64,000 bases of DNA, taken from the NCBI GenBank assembly GCA_964247055.1, contig OZ176059.1, positions 2,046,001 to 2,110,000 on the forward strand. The letters run 5' to 3'. This DNA is from Paragordius varius (taxonomy: Eukaryota; Animalia; Nematomorpha). Within the stretch, counting starts at the first letter, position 1, and each line of letters opens with the position of its first letter. Below the pieces are notes generated by a model that saw only the letters and a program-made list of their open reading frames with translations, did no database searches and was not told where the DNA came from. Positions 50,745-64,000 of the stretch are shown here, in pieces. A program made the position numbers and the translations under genes.

Positions 50745-53700
50745 TTACAGTTCACGGTTCAACAGGAAAGGAATGTAAAATAATTTGGTTGATAGGAGCA
50801 GTGTGCCAGACCGCTTGAGTTTGGGCAAAAGGCCGAGCAAACGCTTAAACCTAGGGCTGATTGTGGTTGTAACTGTATGCCTAAACAAATCAAAACATTC
50901 TTCATCCAATAGTTGGTTTTGGTCTTCAGAGTGTTGTTGTTTATCATTGGTAATATTCATTTTAGCATCTTTATTATTGATATTTTCTTCACTTGCTGTC
51001 TTAGACAGTGGTCGTGGTGGGGAGGAGGGGTTCGAAACAAGGCATCCATTTTCCTCAAGATAATCACGTAAGATATGGTCAAGTTTTTGGCGTATTTGAT
51101 AAGTCCCATCTAAAACACGGTGTAGGAGATGTAAATATCATAAAGACAAACCATAAAAAGTAAAAGACAATGTTTTTTTTTGAAAAAAATTTATCCTATC
51201 GCTTGGGGTTGTTTCGAAACAAAAAAAGAATATTTGTTGGTTTTAAATTTAACAGTTTTAATTAAAGTAATGAAAAATCTATCATTGATTCTTAGGGATT
51301 TTATTATACAAGTTAAAAACTTAAAACGTTTGTTTAACAAAACACTCACTTTTACGAGGGAACGGTTCAGATTCCGTACAATCCAAAAAGAGTACCACCT
51401 TCAAACACTGATATTCATTGGGTGTCAATCGTGCTTGACAAAATTCAAGGACCAATTCTTTCAGGTTGGTTAAAAACTGCTTAGCTTGCAAAATCAACAA
51501 TTTGTTGGTTGTTGTTGTCTTATTATTACTGGCACTAGTAATATCCACAATAGTATCATGGCTATTTGTGAAAGATTTTGCATCAAATGCCATCATTTTT
51601 TTACATTTTTTAACGGGTGCTGATAATGATTCATCAGATTGTTGTGGCTGTTGCGCAATGTTTCCAGGCGAATGCTTAAAAGAAGGCATATTTTTTGAAT
51701 AATTGGTGTTTGTGAGACTGGTTTCATTATTTAAATTATCGTTATAGGTAACACTATCATTGCCATTGCCAATGAAATCGGGAGAGATCGATCCGGGGTT
51801 AGATAGCTCCAAATTTGTTAGATAATACTATAAAGTAAATGTAAAATTAATCAGTAAACTTAAATAAATTGCAAAAAATATAAGAATACAATTTGGAATT
51901 TTTACATCAACTATTCCATTTTTTCTCGTCTTTATCTTTATATAATTTGATTTTTTGTGTTTTTATATTTAATTTAAATTACTTATATTTTTCAGTGAAA
52001 ATAAGTTAAATTGAAAAATTAAATTTAAGCAAAAATACCATTTGTATTTTTAATATAGAAATTCTAAAAAATTAGAAGGGCAAGTCACGGTTAATATTTA
52101 CTTGACATGTAAAATCTATTTTTATCATTTAATGTTACTATTATAGGTAAAATTTTTTTTTTTGGTTTTATTGAGCCTTTTAAAAAAATCACATTGATTA
52201 GTAAGTACCATTTATGATACGGTATGACATACTAATTTTCTTTTTTAACTATTTTTTATTTGTCAACTTTTTTAACTTTATGAGATAGAGAAAAAATGCC
52301 TTGCATACTTGTAACATTTTGCATATGGATAAGGCTTTATCTGTAAGTACTGAGTGGGTTTCATCATTATTGACATTAATATTTTCTACGCTACGACTAC
52401 TACATTCTTGATTAGGGTTTATATTAATTTCCGATTCTAGAGTTGCCTTATAATCAAAATCATATGTTTTGCCATTGCTTTCTTTGTGGGACATGTTTTG
52501 ATTCATTATTGGATTTTGTGTTGATTTATAAACAAATCTAATTTTATTATCATCATCTTTATAATTGGTATCATTATTAACAGTAACAGTAACAAGGGAA
52601 TGACTAGCTACAATCTTTAACAATAGGATGAGATGCCATTTGGCTGTCAACAATTGTGTTAACGTATGCACAGGTAAGGTGCCATAAAACGAAAGCTCCT
52701 TCACCCATTGCACCATTTCGTGTATGGCTTGGTCACTCAGCTGACATAAATGCCACGAGGATGAGGAAGATGATGGAAACAAGACAGCTGATGTTGTTTC
52801 CGGCCACGTGACACTTTGTTGATCCATTGGCCCGATGGCAGACGATTCATAAACAGTCTGCTCCTTTTCTTGTTGTTGTTGTTGCGATACGATTATTTGT
52901 GTTTGTGGATAAAGTGAGGGCATCACACCATCTGTATGCAAAGATGAAACTTGTTTTGTGAATCGCTCTCGTTCATTCAACGTGTCAGGGGGTGGTGTGG
53001 TATTGCGTGGTAATGAGTGATCATCGTTCTAAACGTGTTTTATATATAAGATAAGACACATTGGCTAGCTAAAATTTATAATTATGTTGCCTAACACCTG
53101 GTCTATCAAAATAATTGTAAGAAAATAGATAATATGGTCAAAGGCATTTAAATTGGGGCATAGGAAAGCCTAACCTTGGTTATATATATATTGAAAAATA
53201 AATATGAAACATTAAAATATTTTTAGGATTTATTTCACAAATAAGAAGGATAAATTAGGGCAAAAATAAACATGATTAAAACTGGCTCTAAGTAAATGCC
53301 AAAATATATTTAAACTAAAAATTCGTTTATGCAGCCTAACCAAATATGAAATTTTTTTGTCCCCTTAAATACCTGTTTGTTTAATGCTTTACCGAATGTT
53401 AAACAAAATCATTTTTTTGTGCACAAATTTAAATGTCCAAGTTAGTCAACGTACAACAGTTTTATACGATAGATAGTGTGGTCGGTTTGAATTCAAACCA
53501 AATAAACTTTAAAATTGAATAGAAAAAAAACAATAATCAGTTTTTTTGGGGGCGAGGGGGTGGCTTACCATATGAGTGATGTTTTCAGCGGTAGATGATT
53601 CACTTGTATTATCTATCGGACTGCCGCCACCATTCGATGAGTTTGAGATTAGTGGAGAAATTTTGGAAGGGTCTGACCCGCAGTTATCGGTCAATTCATT

Positions 53701-56700
53701 GCTGATAGGGAGGTTGGTTATAACTCCTGTTGGTTTAGCATTATTGGTATTATTGTTATTGCCATGATTATTTTTGTTACGTTTGTACTTTTTATATTTG
53801 ACCTGAAAGAAGTAATTATATAAAAATTAAAAATTTAACATCAGCATAAATATGAAAAAGTTAAAATAGATTGTTAATTAATTTTTTACAAAATATTGTT
53901 GGTTCACAAAAAAATTAAAAATGTATTTTGGTCTTTACGCTAAATCTTGCTATATATCTGGCAATATTTATAATACTGTAATTATGATCAAATATTATAA
54001 AACTCAAAAAAAATGTTTCAACTTTTAGTTTACAACGTATATTTTATTTACAAAAAGTAAAAAGGGAAAAAATAGTAGAAAATATTTTTTTGTCGAAAAA
54101 ATCAAGAAAATACCTTGTATAAGTTATAAACGGCACCAGAATTTCGGCCCCCAGGCATACGATCTTCCCTGACCGCTAAATATATAATAAATTTGTAAAT
54201 ATGATTAATCAATAAGTTTTACATTAAAAATAAAATTATAAAAAACGTAACATAAAAAAAATTAAAAAACAAATAATACTTCCGTATTTTGCAACTCAAA
54301 ACAAATATATTTGATAGATTTGTATGTATTCTATTAATTGACTCTTATTGTATATAATGTTTTTTGTGTCTTATTCAAATAATTAAGTCTAAAACAGTGT
54401 TACTTAAACCGCTACCCTAAAAATGCTGGTTTTATAGCCCTAAATTATTTATTAGATATTGGATGTTGCTTATTTGAGGGGCATAAATATCTGCAAATGT
54501 GTGGAAAATAGTTATGAAATTTTTATCGACATTATATGGTGCACAGCTCATATACAAGATTAGTATTTTTTGCGGCATTTTAAAATTTTTGGTGAATACC
54601 GCTATTCTAAAATCTTAGTACATTAAAATTGGAAATTATACAGATATAAAATGTAAGAATATCGAACATTTTTTTCTAAAAAACAACAACCCTATTTTTA
54701 AGTCTTAATTATATTAAATATAACCAACTATACAGTTTTGGATTTGCAAAATGAGAATCAGAAATATTGTGCTGATCTATTCGCATTATAGTTGGTGGTC
54801 AATTGGCAACAACAAAATTTTTTTTGTATCTATCCTACACATTACTTTGTTTATTTAATTATGGACACAATTTATTTTATAACATATGCGTTACTGTATC
54901 TCAAATTAACCACCAATAAAGTGAACAAGCCAACTAAATGTGAGATAATGTATTAATCGTAATAGTTTATAGTTTATGGTTTTGAAAAAAAACAAAGGTT
55001 TAAAAGAGTAGTTAGTTTAGTTGTGATTTCCTTTTTATTACGTTTTGTCTGTATAATTTCAATTTTTGCTGTACTTATTAAGTATCGCACAGCTTAAAAC
55101 TAATTTTCCAATGCCATACACACGCACATAAAATAATGATAACAAGGAGAAAAAAAAGGTTATTGACACGGCGTCCTCATAACATCATCACATTATTAAT
55201 ACGCTACCAACTGTGTTGTATTCCAAAAAAAAACCAAATAGTTTATACAGAGAGGGAAGAAGGAGCGTACGTGTGCTTTGCTTCTTTTAATTTTATCGAT
55301 TTTTTCGTGAAGCACACAGGAGCACACCCATATAGCTAAATAATTCTCTGTGTTCTGGATTTTTATTTTTAAAGGTTTTCAAACGCAAAAAAACTCCATT
55401 CCGTGGGCTTTATATTGGTAGAATTTAAAAGTTGGGATCTTATAAGGCCCGTTTATTTATCCTATATACCGGATTCACAGTATTACTTTAATCGAAAAAG
55501 TTTAATATACATATGGATATATTTTTTGTACAAATTTTTATGTGATTTACAAATTTGTAGCAGGATAGTATATCTATTTATTATATCAGGTAAAAAAAAC
55601 TACTATGGTTGAAATTAAACATATTTTCCCCTTATACATTAACATTAATTTTGTTTATTTAATTTTGGACTAATTATTGTTATTACTATACGTTACTGTA
55701 ATATGTGTGAGGTAGAAAGAAACATAAAAACGATGTGCGCGGTGGCGGGGTTAAGGTCGGTTATTGTATTCAAATTTTGTATACATAAATACAACATAAC
55801 ACAGACAGTTATAACGTAAAACATACATAAAACACAATTTGTAAAATTAACTTTTCTACCTCTATGAAAAAATAATATATGAGATATCATGAAAAACACA
55901 CACATTACACATTATGCCTGCCTAAAAAAAGGTCATTAAACCAATTGTGCATCCTTTTTTTCCTCTATTAATTTTCTATTCATCATCATTCATTATTAAT
56001 TTATTTTATTCAAGGCAAAAAAATTATTTTTTAATCTAAACTTTTTAACTACAATGCCATATGTAATCATACTAATATAACCATGATATATTGATTGGTA
56101 ATTTGTAAGCACACACGTAAAAAAGGGATAAATTTTAAGGTTAAGTCTTGCAGAGTTTATCATTATGGCAAATTTATACATTTACCATTACACTTGATGA
56201 TTAGTCATTGTGTAAAATTAAACAAATTTTAACAGTCTGTCTCTTAACAATATTTATTATACAGTAACAAGAGCTAATTTTATAGGCAATATCGGTATTT
56301 TAAATGGTGGCTAAAATGTCTGTTGCCATATATGAGATTTTTTGTTTTAATTAGTTACATATTTAATTGAACACTGTACTTTTTATCTTTACTATTTAAT
56401 TGAAAATGTATCAAATAAAAACGAAAATTTTCATTCATGATGGCAACATACATGTAAGTTATATCCCCTTTTAACCATTTACTAAATACCATGATCGGCT
56501 ATAACAACTCTCGCTACTGTAGGGTCTGCATTAAGGTGTAAAACGACTTATTTTATGTAATTTAAACATTAATTCTTTCCCCTGCAAAATGATACTAGAA
56601 TACATAACTTTTAATAAAGTATCATAAAATTTTCTCTGAACCCTAAATGAAAGCCAACCATCCACCTTTTTTACTTAAAGTTGCATTTCTAATCAAATAT

Positions 56701-58605
56701 TTCCTCCATTTTTCCACAAATATTTACCATGCGAAAGAGTACAATGCTAATAGATTCTTATTTTTTGCCATATTAAAAACCAAAAACATTCACAGATCAA
56801 TATGTTATGTATTGAAAAGGAATGAATTAAATTATACTGTTGAAACAAAAATATTTTAAAAAATAAATATACCCTTATAGTTGAATGTAAAAGATTATAT
56901 GTACTTTTCGATACATTCATCTATCAATATAATTGTGTTCCCCGGTTTTGTCAATAGAGACTCTTAGTTTATTAGAAAAAAAAATCATTACGAGAAAACG
57001 ACATGTTTTCTCTTACAAATTTCAAAAAAATTGAAAAATTATTAATAACAATAATATATACCGGCTAAAACCATGCCTTGTATCAAACATTTCTGAAATC
57101 GGCAATATTGACAGCGGTTTCGTTGAGTTTTGGTTATTTCACAATTCCCTTCCGCTAAACACGTGTAAACCCGTTTATTTTGTACGGTTCGTTTAAAGAA
57201 TCCTTTGCACCTAATTTTCAAGTAAAAAATGGATGGCATAAATAATTATGAAAATGCAATAAGCACTAATTAAACAGCTAAAATTTGTGTCAAAAAAAAT
57301 GTTGCAATTTTTTGCATTGTAAGTAAGATTTACCCACTCAAAGCTAACATTTCAAGTTATCGCGCTTAAAGTAAAAACAAAGAATAAAGAGATGATATTA
57401 AAATGAGTTTATTACGTAAAAATGAAACAATAGAAATGATAAAATGAATGGGGGTAAAAAACAAAGTGTATACTAGAAAGGATCAAACATTTAATCATTA
57501 CGGTTTCAGCACTACATTAAACCCATGCAGTATTTGACATTTTATTTTTTATTTTTAAACATATTTAGAAATTAGTTTAATACGAAACGTAGAAAATGAT
57601 TATATAAAATTATCTGTTATACTTATAATTATGTTATTTTCCGTATGTATAAAACTGCAAATTTGGTAAATTTTATAGAATTGGGTTTCTCCTTTACAAA
57701 CAAAAAAAATTAAAAATATTTTGGTCAGTATCAGGTTGTAGGTAGTAGATCTAACGATTGCTTCTAATTAGTTTTAGATATATTTTTGCCGAAAAATTTA
57801 AACAACAGCCAGAGATTCTAAATATAATTGTAACACAAAAAAATTATACCCTTCGCAAGTTATTATGCCATAGTGTAGTCCAGTAGCTTTATCATTACAA
57901 ATCTTGCAAATCAACTCCTCATCCTCATCAAATTCATTACTATTCCCATTAATGTTGGTATTATAATTCGTTGTGTGAGGATTGAAAGTGTCTAAATTTT
58001 TGACATTATTGGTTGTTGGTGGTGTTTTTGTTGTCATATCAACATTAGTCTGGTCTAAAGAAGTATTAGAGGCATTCAATATACTAGATCCCAAATTTAA
58101 ATTATGGTTAGGATTAGGAGAATAACTACACACAGTCATGTATCCTTTATTTTATAAAAAAAATTTTTTCGTCAAATGGGATATTTGGTAAAGAATGGAA
58201 AAAAACAAGAGCTCTATGCTATTAACAATATCATATTCATTAAAAAAGTTTAAGAATTACCATAGAGCTCTTGTTTTTCTCATTCTTTACCAAATATTTA
58301 TACCCCCATTTGACGAAAAAAAATAAATTTTTGATAAAATAAAGGATACATGACTGTAAATAGGATGTGATCATTTTTACATGTGATTTTCAATGCACGA
58401 CCACATCCAATTTATTTAGTTACTTTCCTAATTTTAACACAATAATTTAAATTTGGGATCTAGTGCACTAAATTCATCTAAACCTTATTTAGACAACTGA
58501 TATACACAGATATTACTTACCAATTATCACATTAGACAACCTTATTATATTGTCATGTTATATTATGTATGTATGACCTTATATAAAAATTAACCTTTGT
58601 TTGTA

Positions 58606-58646
<41 letters not shown>

Positions 58647-61600
58647 GGCACAAATTATAGTTTACACAATATATATATTTCTTAACTAAATTTCTAAGCT
58701 ATAAATATACCCGTCACATAGGGGTAATCAAATTGCATTGCCATACCTTGACTTTTGGTACAAGATTTATGCTTAGATCCAGCAAAATTATTTTGAGACA
58801 TTGATTTTAGTGGTGAATCATTGCTCGTATTAGTATTGTTGGGATAATTTAATGGTGTTGTAGACAGGCAAACATTATTATATATCGGTAATCCGTTACC
58901 ATTCTGATAGAAAAGAACATTCCTTGCAGGATTGGTTGTCGGATGCAAGAATGAATTTAATGGGCCATTATTCTCCCTACCGTTTGAGGGCAATTGGGTC
59001 ATCGTTCCATTATATGTTGATATTAGCCTATTGTTTAAAACATTATTAGTGAAGACTAGATTATTCATCATAAAATTATTTATGTTGGCGTAGGTGAAGC
59101 TATTGTTTTTGAGAACAGAGTCATAGGATGGGTGAAGAATGTCAGAGTTACCATTCCTACCATCATCATTATTGCTAACACTAGAAAATAATTTTGAATA
59201 GATTTGTGATATTGAACGATCATCTGTCGGGCCATCTAGGCTTTGCAATGAATTTTTGGGTAGTTGTTTTGCATACTCATCATTTAAAGTATGGTTATTA
59301 TTGTTAATATTGTTGGTGTTATAATGTGATCGCATTTTTTTACAGTTTTTACCACATCTACCCGTTACGCTCAAGTCTAAGGCTTGATCTTCCGCAAGGG
59401 GGGATTGATCCGGTTCCATGTCATAATACTTGTTTTCACTGATCCCGCCGGTGTTAATGTGATTTATAGCATCGTTACGTTTCGCATGTTTAGATGGTGG
59501 ACTTGTAGTAGTTATGACCGAGTTTTGCTTTGTGGGCTTGTGGAGGTGAGATGTTGACGACGAACACGAAGATATGAATGCGGTTATAGCGTTAATCTTT
59601 GTCGTTGTTGAAGAAGGACTGGTGTCCAACGTTAACGAAAATGGAGAACGTGTAGAACTGCATTTAGGAGAAGTTATGGTACAATTTGTAACACTATTGG
59701 TGACATCACTTTGATAATGATGGTGGTGGTTATAAGTCGTACCAATTTTGAAGCCAGCCCTTTGTAAATTTTCCAAGTAATAGTCTGGAAACTTTAATGA
59801 TGAACAACCAGAACCGGCGGTAGTACTTACAACGCTACTCTCATGGTTATTCTTAACATTTTTACTCGTAAGAGTTACTGCATGTTCCGATTTTTGGGTT
59901 ATTGTTGCATTTGTGACGTTTGAGGATAAAGCAGCCAGGGACACAGTATCTCTGACTATTCTAAGTGTGCTTTTATCAGTGAAATGGGAATTATATGACA
60001 ATGGAAAGTGCAACGAGTTAACATCATTCTCATTGTTACAAAGATGATCCCTCATTGCTTGGTTCAGTGGTTCACTCTTTGCACAATTGTGACAGGCTAG
60101 GGATGGCAATACATTCTTATTAACGGGCTCTACTACTACTACGTCTGCATTACCGCTCGTATGTTGTTTTTGCAAAACGACGGTGTTATCGTTCGACTCA
60201 TACATACTAAAGTTGTTAACATCCAACTTGGATGAAGGCATATTTTTTGTAGTAGGTTGCTTTTGCTTAAGCAAAACCGGCTGAGAGGCGCTAAATAATG
60301 TAGTGGTGAGTTTGTCGTTTTGCGACAACAAATATGGCCACTCTTGTCTCCTCTGTGGCGGTGTTGTCGTCATGGTGGTGGTGGTGGTAACGGATGAAAC
60401 ACAAGCGTCGTTTGTTGTACTGCAGCGGCATGTGGACGGAATCCTAAGCTGAACATTAGTAGAAGCTCTGGCTACTGCCAAAGCATCATTGGACCAATTT
60501 TTCATGTTTAGGTAGATGGGATTGGTTTTGTTGAGGAGTGTCATACCACTCTTTTTATCTTCATTACCATTGAGTAGTAAAGGATATAAAGTTGTGTAGG
60601 GTAGTAAAGTGGTAAGATCCACACCACTACCTCGGTTGTTGTTGTTGCTGTTTTTATTTGGATACTTTTTTCTACCATCTACTCCCCCCGACTGTTCTTC
60701 AACATTGTATGATACAGGTATGGTTTTTGATGACTTTGGACTCTGATGCTGGTGTTTTTGTTTTTGTTCCGGGCGCAGTTTAACGGATGAAATGGGTGTA
60801 GCAGTAATATTTTCTAAACCATTATTGTTCCCAGGCATATTCAACATGAGATACTGTGGTAAAGCTGAGGTTGATGATAAATTCGGTATTATTTGGGCTG
60901 ATTTCCGCCAATTTCCATGTTCCTCTGGTCCGCCGTTCATGTAACCAACAAATTGTTGGCTGGCACCATGTGTGGAACGGAGTGACGATAATGAACCAAC
61001 ATGGTCCAAATTCAATAATTTTTTGTGTCCACTCAAATGGGCAAACAATTGGGGTGATGCCAAAGCGTTTGAAAGTGTTTCCGGGTCTAACAAATTTAAC
61101 CTTGGTGTCGGTGTCGGTGTTGGTGTTGATGATAAGGATGATGGTATATTTAACATAAAAAGGTTGTTATTCACATCATTATTGTTTTTGGTCTTTGTAC
61201 CACCAGTTATTATATCATTAGCGTTGATCGTAAAATTTATGTATGGTACTGCAGTAGTTTTTGACGCTCCTAGGTCAACAACAACAGTCTCATCTTCGGT
61301 CCCTAATAGTAACAGGGGTGAAACCGATTGATGACTAGAATCCGATTTTGAGGGCGGTGTTAACGGGTGAAATCCGCCAGATGAATGGGGTGATTCATTT
61401 TCATCTTTTTTGCTGGGCGGGGAAGTATCACCCGACGGTAATGAAGTATTTGGTGTTATTGTTCCCAACGTAGTGTGTTGTAGCGTAAGTTTTGTTTTGT
61501 GCCGTTTGAGTTTAAGGTTACGGTAAAGATCAGAAGATGGTGGAGTTTCACCTGTTACACCACTTGCCTCATTAAAATGGCCAGCATTATGGTTATCAGT

Positions 61601-63619
61601 ATCATTGATATTTTGGTGCAAATCCACATCCTTTAAAATGACATCATCTTGCCCTGTTTGGTATAGCGTTTGATCGGCGATGCCATTAAATTCTTTGTTT
61701 TCGTGGCTAGGACTAGACCTTACCCTATGCATATTGTGTAATGTTTCGTTTTCAAGGCGCTTGTTAAAATGTTGTTGTTGTTGTTGTAGGTCCTTGGAAC
61801 ATTCTGGTGAGCTTGATAATGTTTTTTGGGGTGTTAACACATCTTTATTGTCAAAACGATTCAAGGGCATGACCTTACCAAAAATACCATTATCTGAAAC
61901 TTGTTTGGGGGTTATAACCGTCGTTTGTTTGGAAGAATGATTAAGGCTATTTGTTGTTTCCATGGTAACAGTATTTGTAACCTTTTTAGCGTAACAGTCG
62001 GCTTCGTCAGTTAAAACGACTGATTTTTGTACCGTTATAGCGCTCCCAAGACCATTTTGGCCATCATAATTGGAGTTTGGTGGGAGACAACAAGTGCTCA
62101 TTTGTAATTCATTACCACCATCATGCGCATCTGTTATTAAGACAAAAAATAATTTAATAAATTTTAGTTAAAAATATATATATATTTAGCCTAGGCACGT
62201 CGTTTTTGACCATGTGTAAATAAAATGCAATTCTATTATAAATAACTAATTAAATTACTCTTTACAAAGTGAGTGTTATGTTTTTAACCTTAAAATATTT
62301 TCCTTTTTTATAAAATCTATACTTTTTTATTGTTGATTAAATCATTTTTTCTTGTTGTGATAGATAGCCACATGATTATTGATAAAATCATTATCATTAT
62401 TATTATTTTAAATAATATATATACATACACATTGTATGTTACCAGTTCATTGACTCTTATAAAATAAATTATTATTCTTTTTTTTCATTATTAATATTTA
62501 CATAAACAGTAAAAGAATATTCCCTATTTTGTGCTTGCTTTTGTATATGTGCGTTATAAATAAGAATATTGTTAAATATTATATATATATTTATATATAT
62601 AGGCAGAGAGGGGTTAACAAACTTTGCCAGCCATATCAAGGTTATTAACCAACCACAACCATTTTTTTATTATATATTATTACAATAGTGTATGGTTAAA
62701 ACAAAGTTTATCCACATAATTGTAAATGAGCAAAATCAATGCTTAAAAGGCAAGGGAGTTTAATTTTAACCATTCGTTGTTTTTTACCATACGCTACTGT
62801 ATTTTTGTTAATATTATTTTATTTTTTTTCTTATTATTAATTATAATTAAATTAAAAAAGAGATCTTCTCATTTATATATTTTTAATATAAAAAAATAAA
62901 TTAACTAATAACCTCAATAAAAATCTGATATTTGATATTGCACAACTTACAAATATATATATTTGATAGTATATTGGTAATTTTTTATTTTTTCCAAAAA
63001 ATTGACCCAAATTTGTTTTATATGTGTGTTATCAAAGAGAAATGAATTCATATTAAAATAATAATTTTGAAAAAAATAAAAAATATATATTTATGTAATA
63101 CGGATATAAAAAAATAAAAAATGGTTTTAATTTCTTAAAATTGTATTATGTTCACACATTACAGACTAATTTTTAAAACTTCAGAATCTATAATATATAT
63201 ATATATATTATAAAAACTTTGTTAAAAGTTAAAAATATAAAATATATAAAAAACGCAAAATATTTACCCGTACTATTTTTGCATAAGGATTTGAGATGTT
63301 TGATGGTTTCTTCATTGTTCTTGATAAACTTATCGTCAATTAAATTATCTTTGATATGGAAATTAGGGTTTCCCATTTCAAAATCAAATTCAAGTACATT
63401 ACTTTGATTGGTCCTTTTCAATGTTTCGTCTGCCGTACATATGTCTGATGTTGGAGCCAGGCGCAAACGTTTGACCATTTTTGAGTTTTGATGTTGAACC
63501 TGCTGTTGGTAAGAAAGTGAAGATGGCGCAAATTTCAAGGGTCCAGCATGGGTATTATTGCCGTTATGGACACCGTTTCCACCCTCATTCAATACAAAGC
63601 AAACACTTTTGAAGGGCAT
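50745..63619 (-). CDS. Hr4: Nuclear receptor HR4 (NR6A/GCNF subfamily), about 2020 aa, 9 exons
   Basis: [23 protein letters not shown]|[49 protein letters not shown]|[21 protein letters not shown]|VKYKK; [73 protein letters not shown]. Exons 63619-63268, 62130-58711, 58144-57850, 57210-57062, 54175-54114, 53802-53569, 53028-52309, 51827-51356, 51109-50745; sum 6069 nt. Confidence 0.95.
56260..56521. mobile_element. Tc1/mariner-like MITE in HR4 intron 4
   Basis: TACAGTAACAAGAGCT..TATAG..GGTATT..AAATGGT..TGTTGCCAT pairs with ATGGCAACAT..ACCATTT..AATACC..CTATAACAACTCTCGCTACTGTA. Confidence 0.6.
58133..58356. repeat. Inverted repeat (MITE-like, CAGT termini) overlapping the HR4 exon 3 acceptor; weaker arms extend to about 57990 and 58540
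   Basis: 58133-58218 is the near-exact reverse complement of 58261-58356 (loop about 42 nt). The outer block TAATTTAAATTTGGGATCTAGT at 58443-58464 mirrors exon sequence 58084-58105. Confidence 0.9.
62681..62801. mobile_element. Tc1/mariner-like MITE (CAGTAGCGTATGG family) in HR4 intron 1
   Basis: TACAATAGTGTATGGTTAAAACAA ... TTGTTTTTTACCATACGCTACTGTA. Confidence 0.6.
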
Positions 63620-64000
63620 TTACTAATGATGTGTAGGTCTGCCCCACAAAAACTTGTTGGAATTTTGCGTTAAAATTTTCGTTTTTTAGCGGACTTTAAC
63701 TCAAATCATAGAGAGTCAGGCGGAAGAGAGGGATAAATGAAGATTTACATTGACCGCAATTTTTTCGTAGGTTTCGGTCGTTTGATTATATATATAGGGG
63801 CTAAAAATCGTTTTTATGGACATTTCAATACAATATCTTCCAAATTAGCCATATATATGTATGTTATAATTCAATATATCATATTGTATCAGTAGACAAG
63901 AGATAGGAGACATAATCCCAAAAAATAGTGGTGTCAATTCTATCACCAAAACCAAAGTAAAATATCAATCCTAAATATAGAATATCATGCAGGTTGTGTC

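Noticed and set aside
62531-62540. GTGCTTGCTT resembling the U6 snRNA 5' end
   Set aside because: Only 10 nt match; no ACAGAGA box or downstream U6 sequence.

Overview
Very AT-rich, intron-containing invertebrate (bilaterian) genomic DNA; not prokaryotic and no CRISPR. I rebuilt four spliced genes by hand, with every splice phase consistent: QSOX (+, 3300-11771), SNAPC4 (-, 35493-12882, 26 exons), a ubinuclein/yemanuclein HUN-domain gene (+, 38962-45946) and the nuclear receptor HR4/NR6A (-, 63619-50745). Between SNAPC4 and ubinuclein lies a decayed PIF/Harbinger-like pair: a Myb/SANT gene plus a probable transposase C-terminus. Introns and intergenic DNA are full of MITEs (piggyBac-like TTAA family, several TA/CAGT Tc1-mariner-like families, a foldback-like family), plus an RTE LINE 3' fragment and a tRNA-like relic. 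The most striking signals are three. (1) A class of ultra-short 22-34 nt GT-AG introns, several obligatory to restore conserved reading frames, coexists with kb-sized introns in the same genes. (2) An inverted repeat is predicted to bury the 3' splice site of the HR4 exon that begins the DNA-binding domain. (3) Intronic echoes of exon ends recur, including a ~6-copy tandem array of an exon end plus splice donor in SNAPC4. All gene models are manual reconstructions without RNA evidence or database searches.
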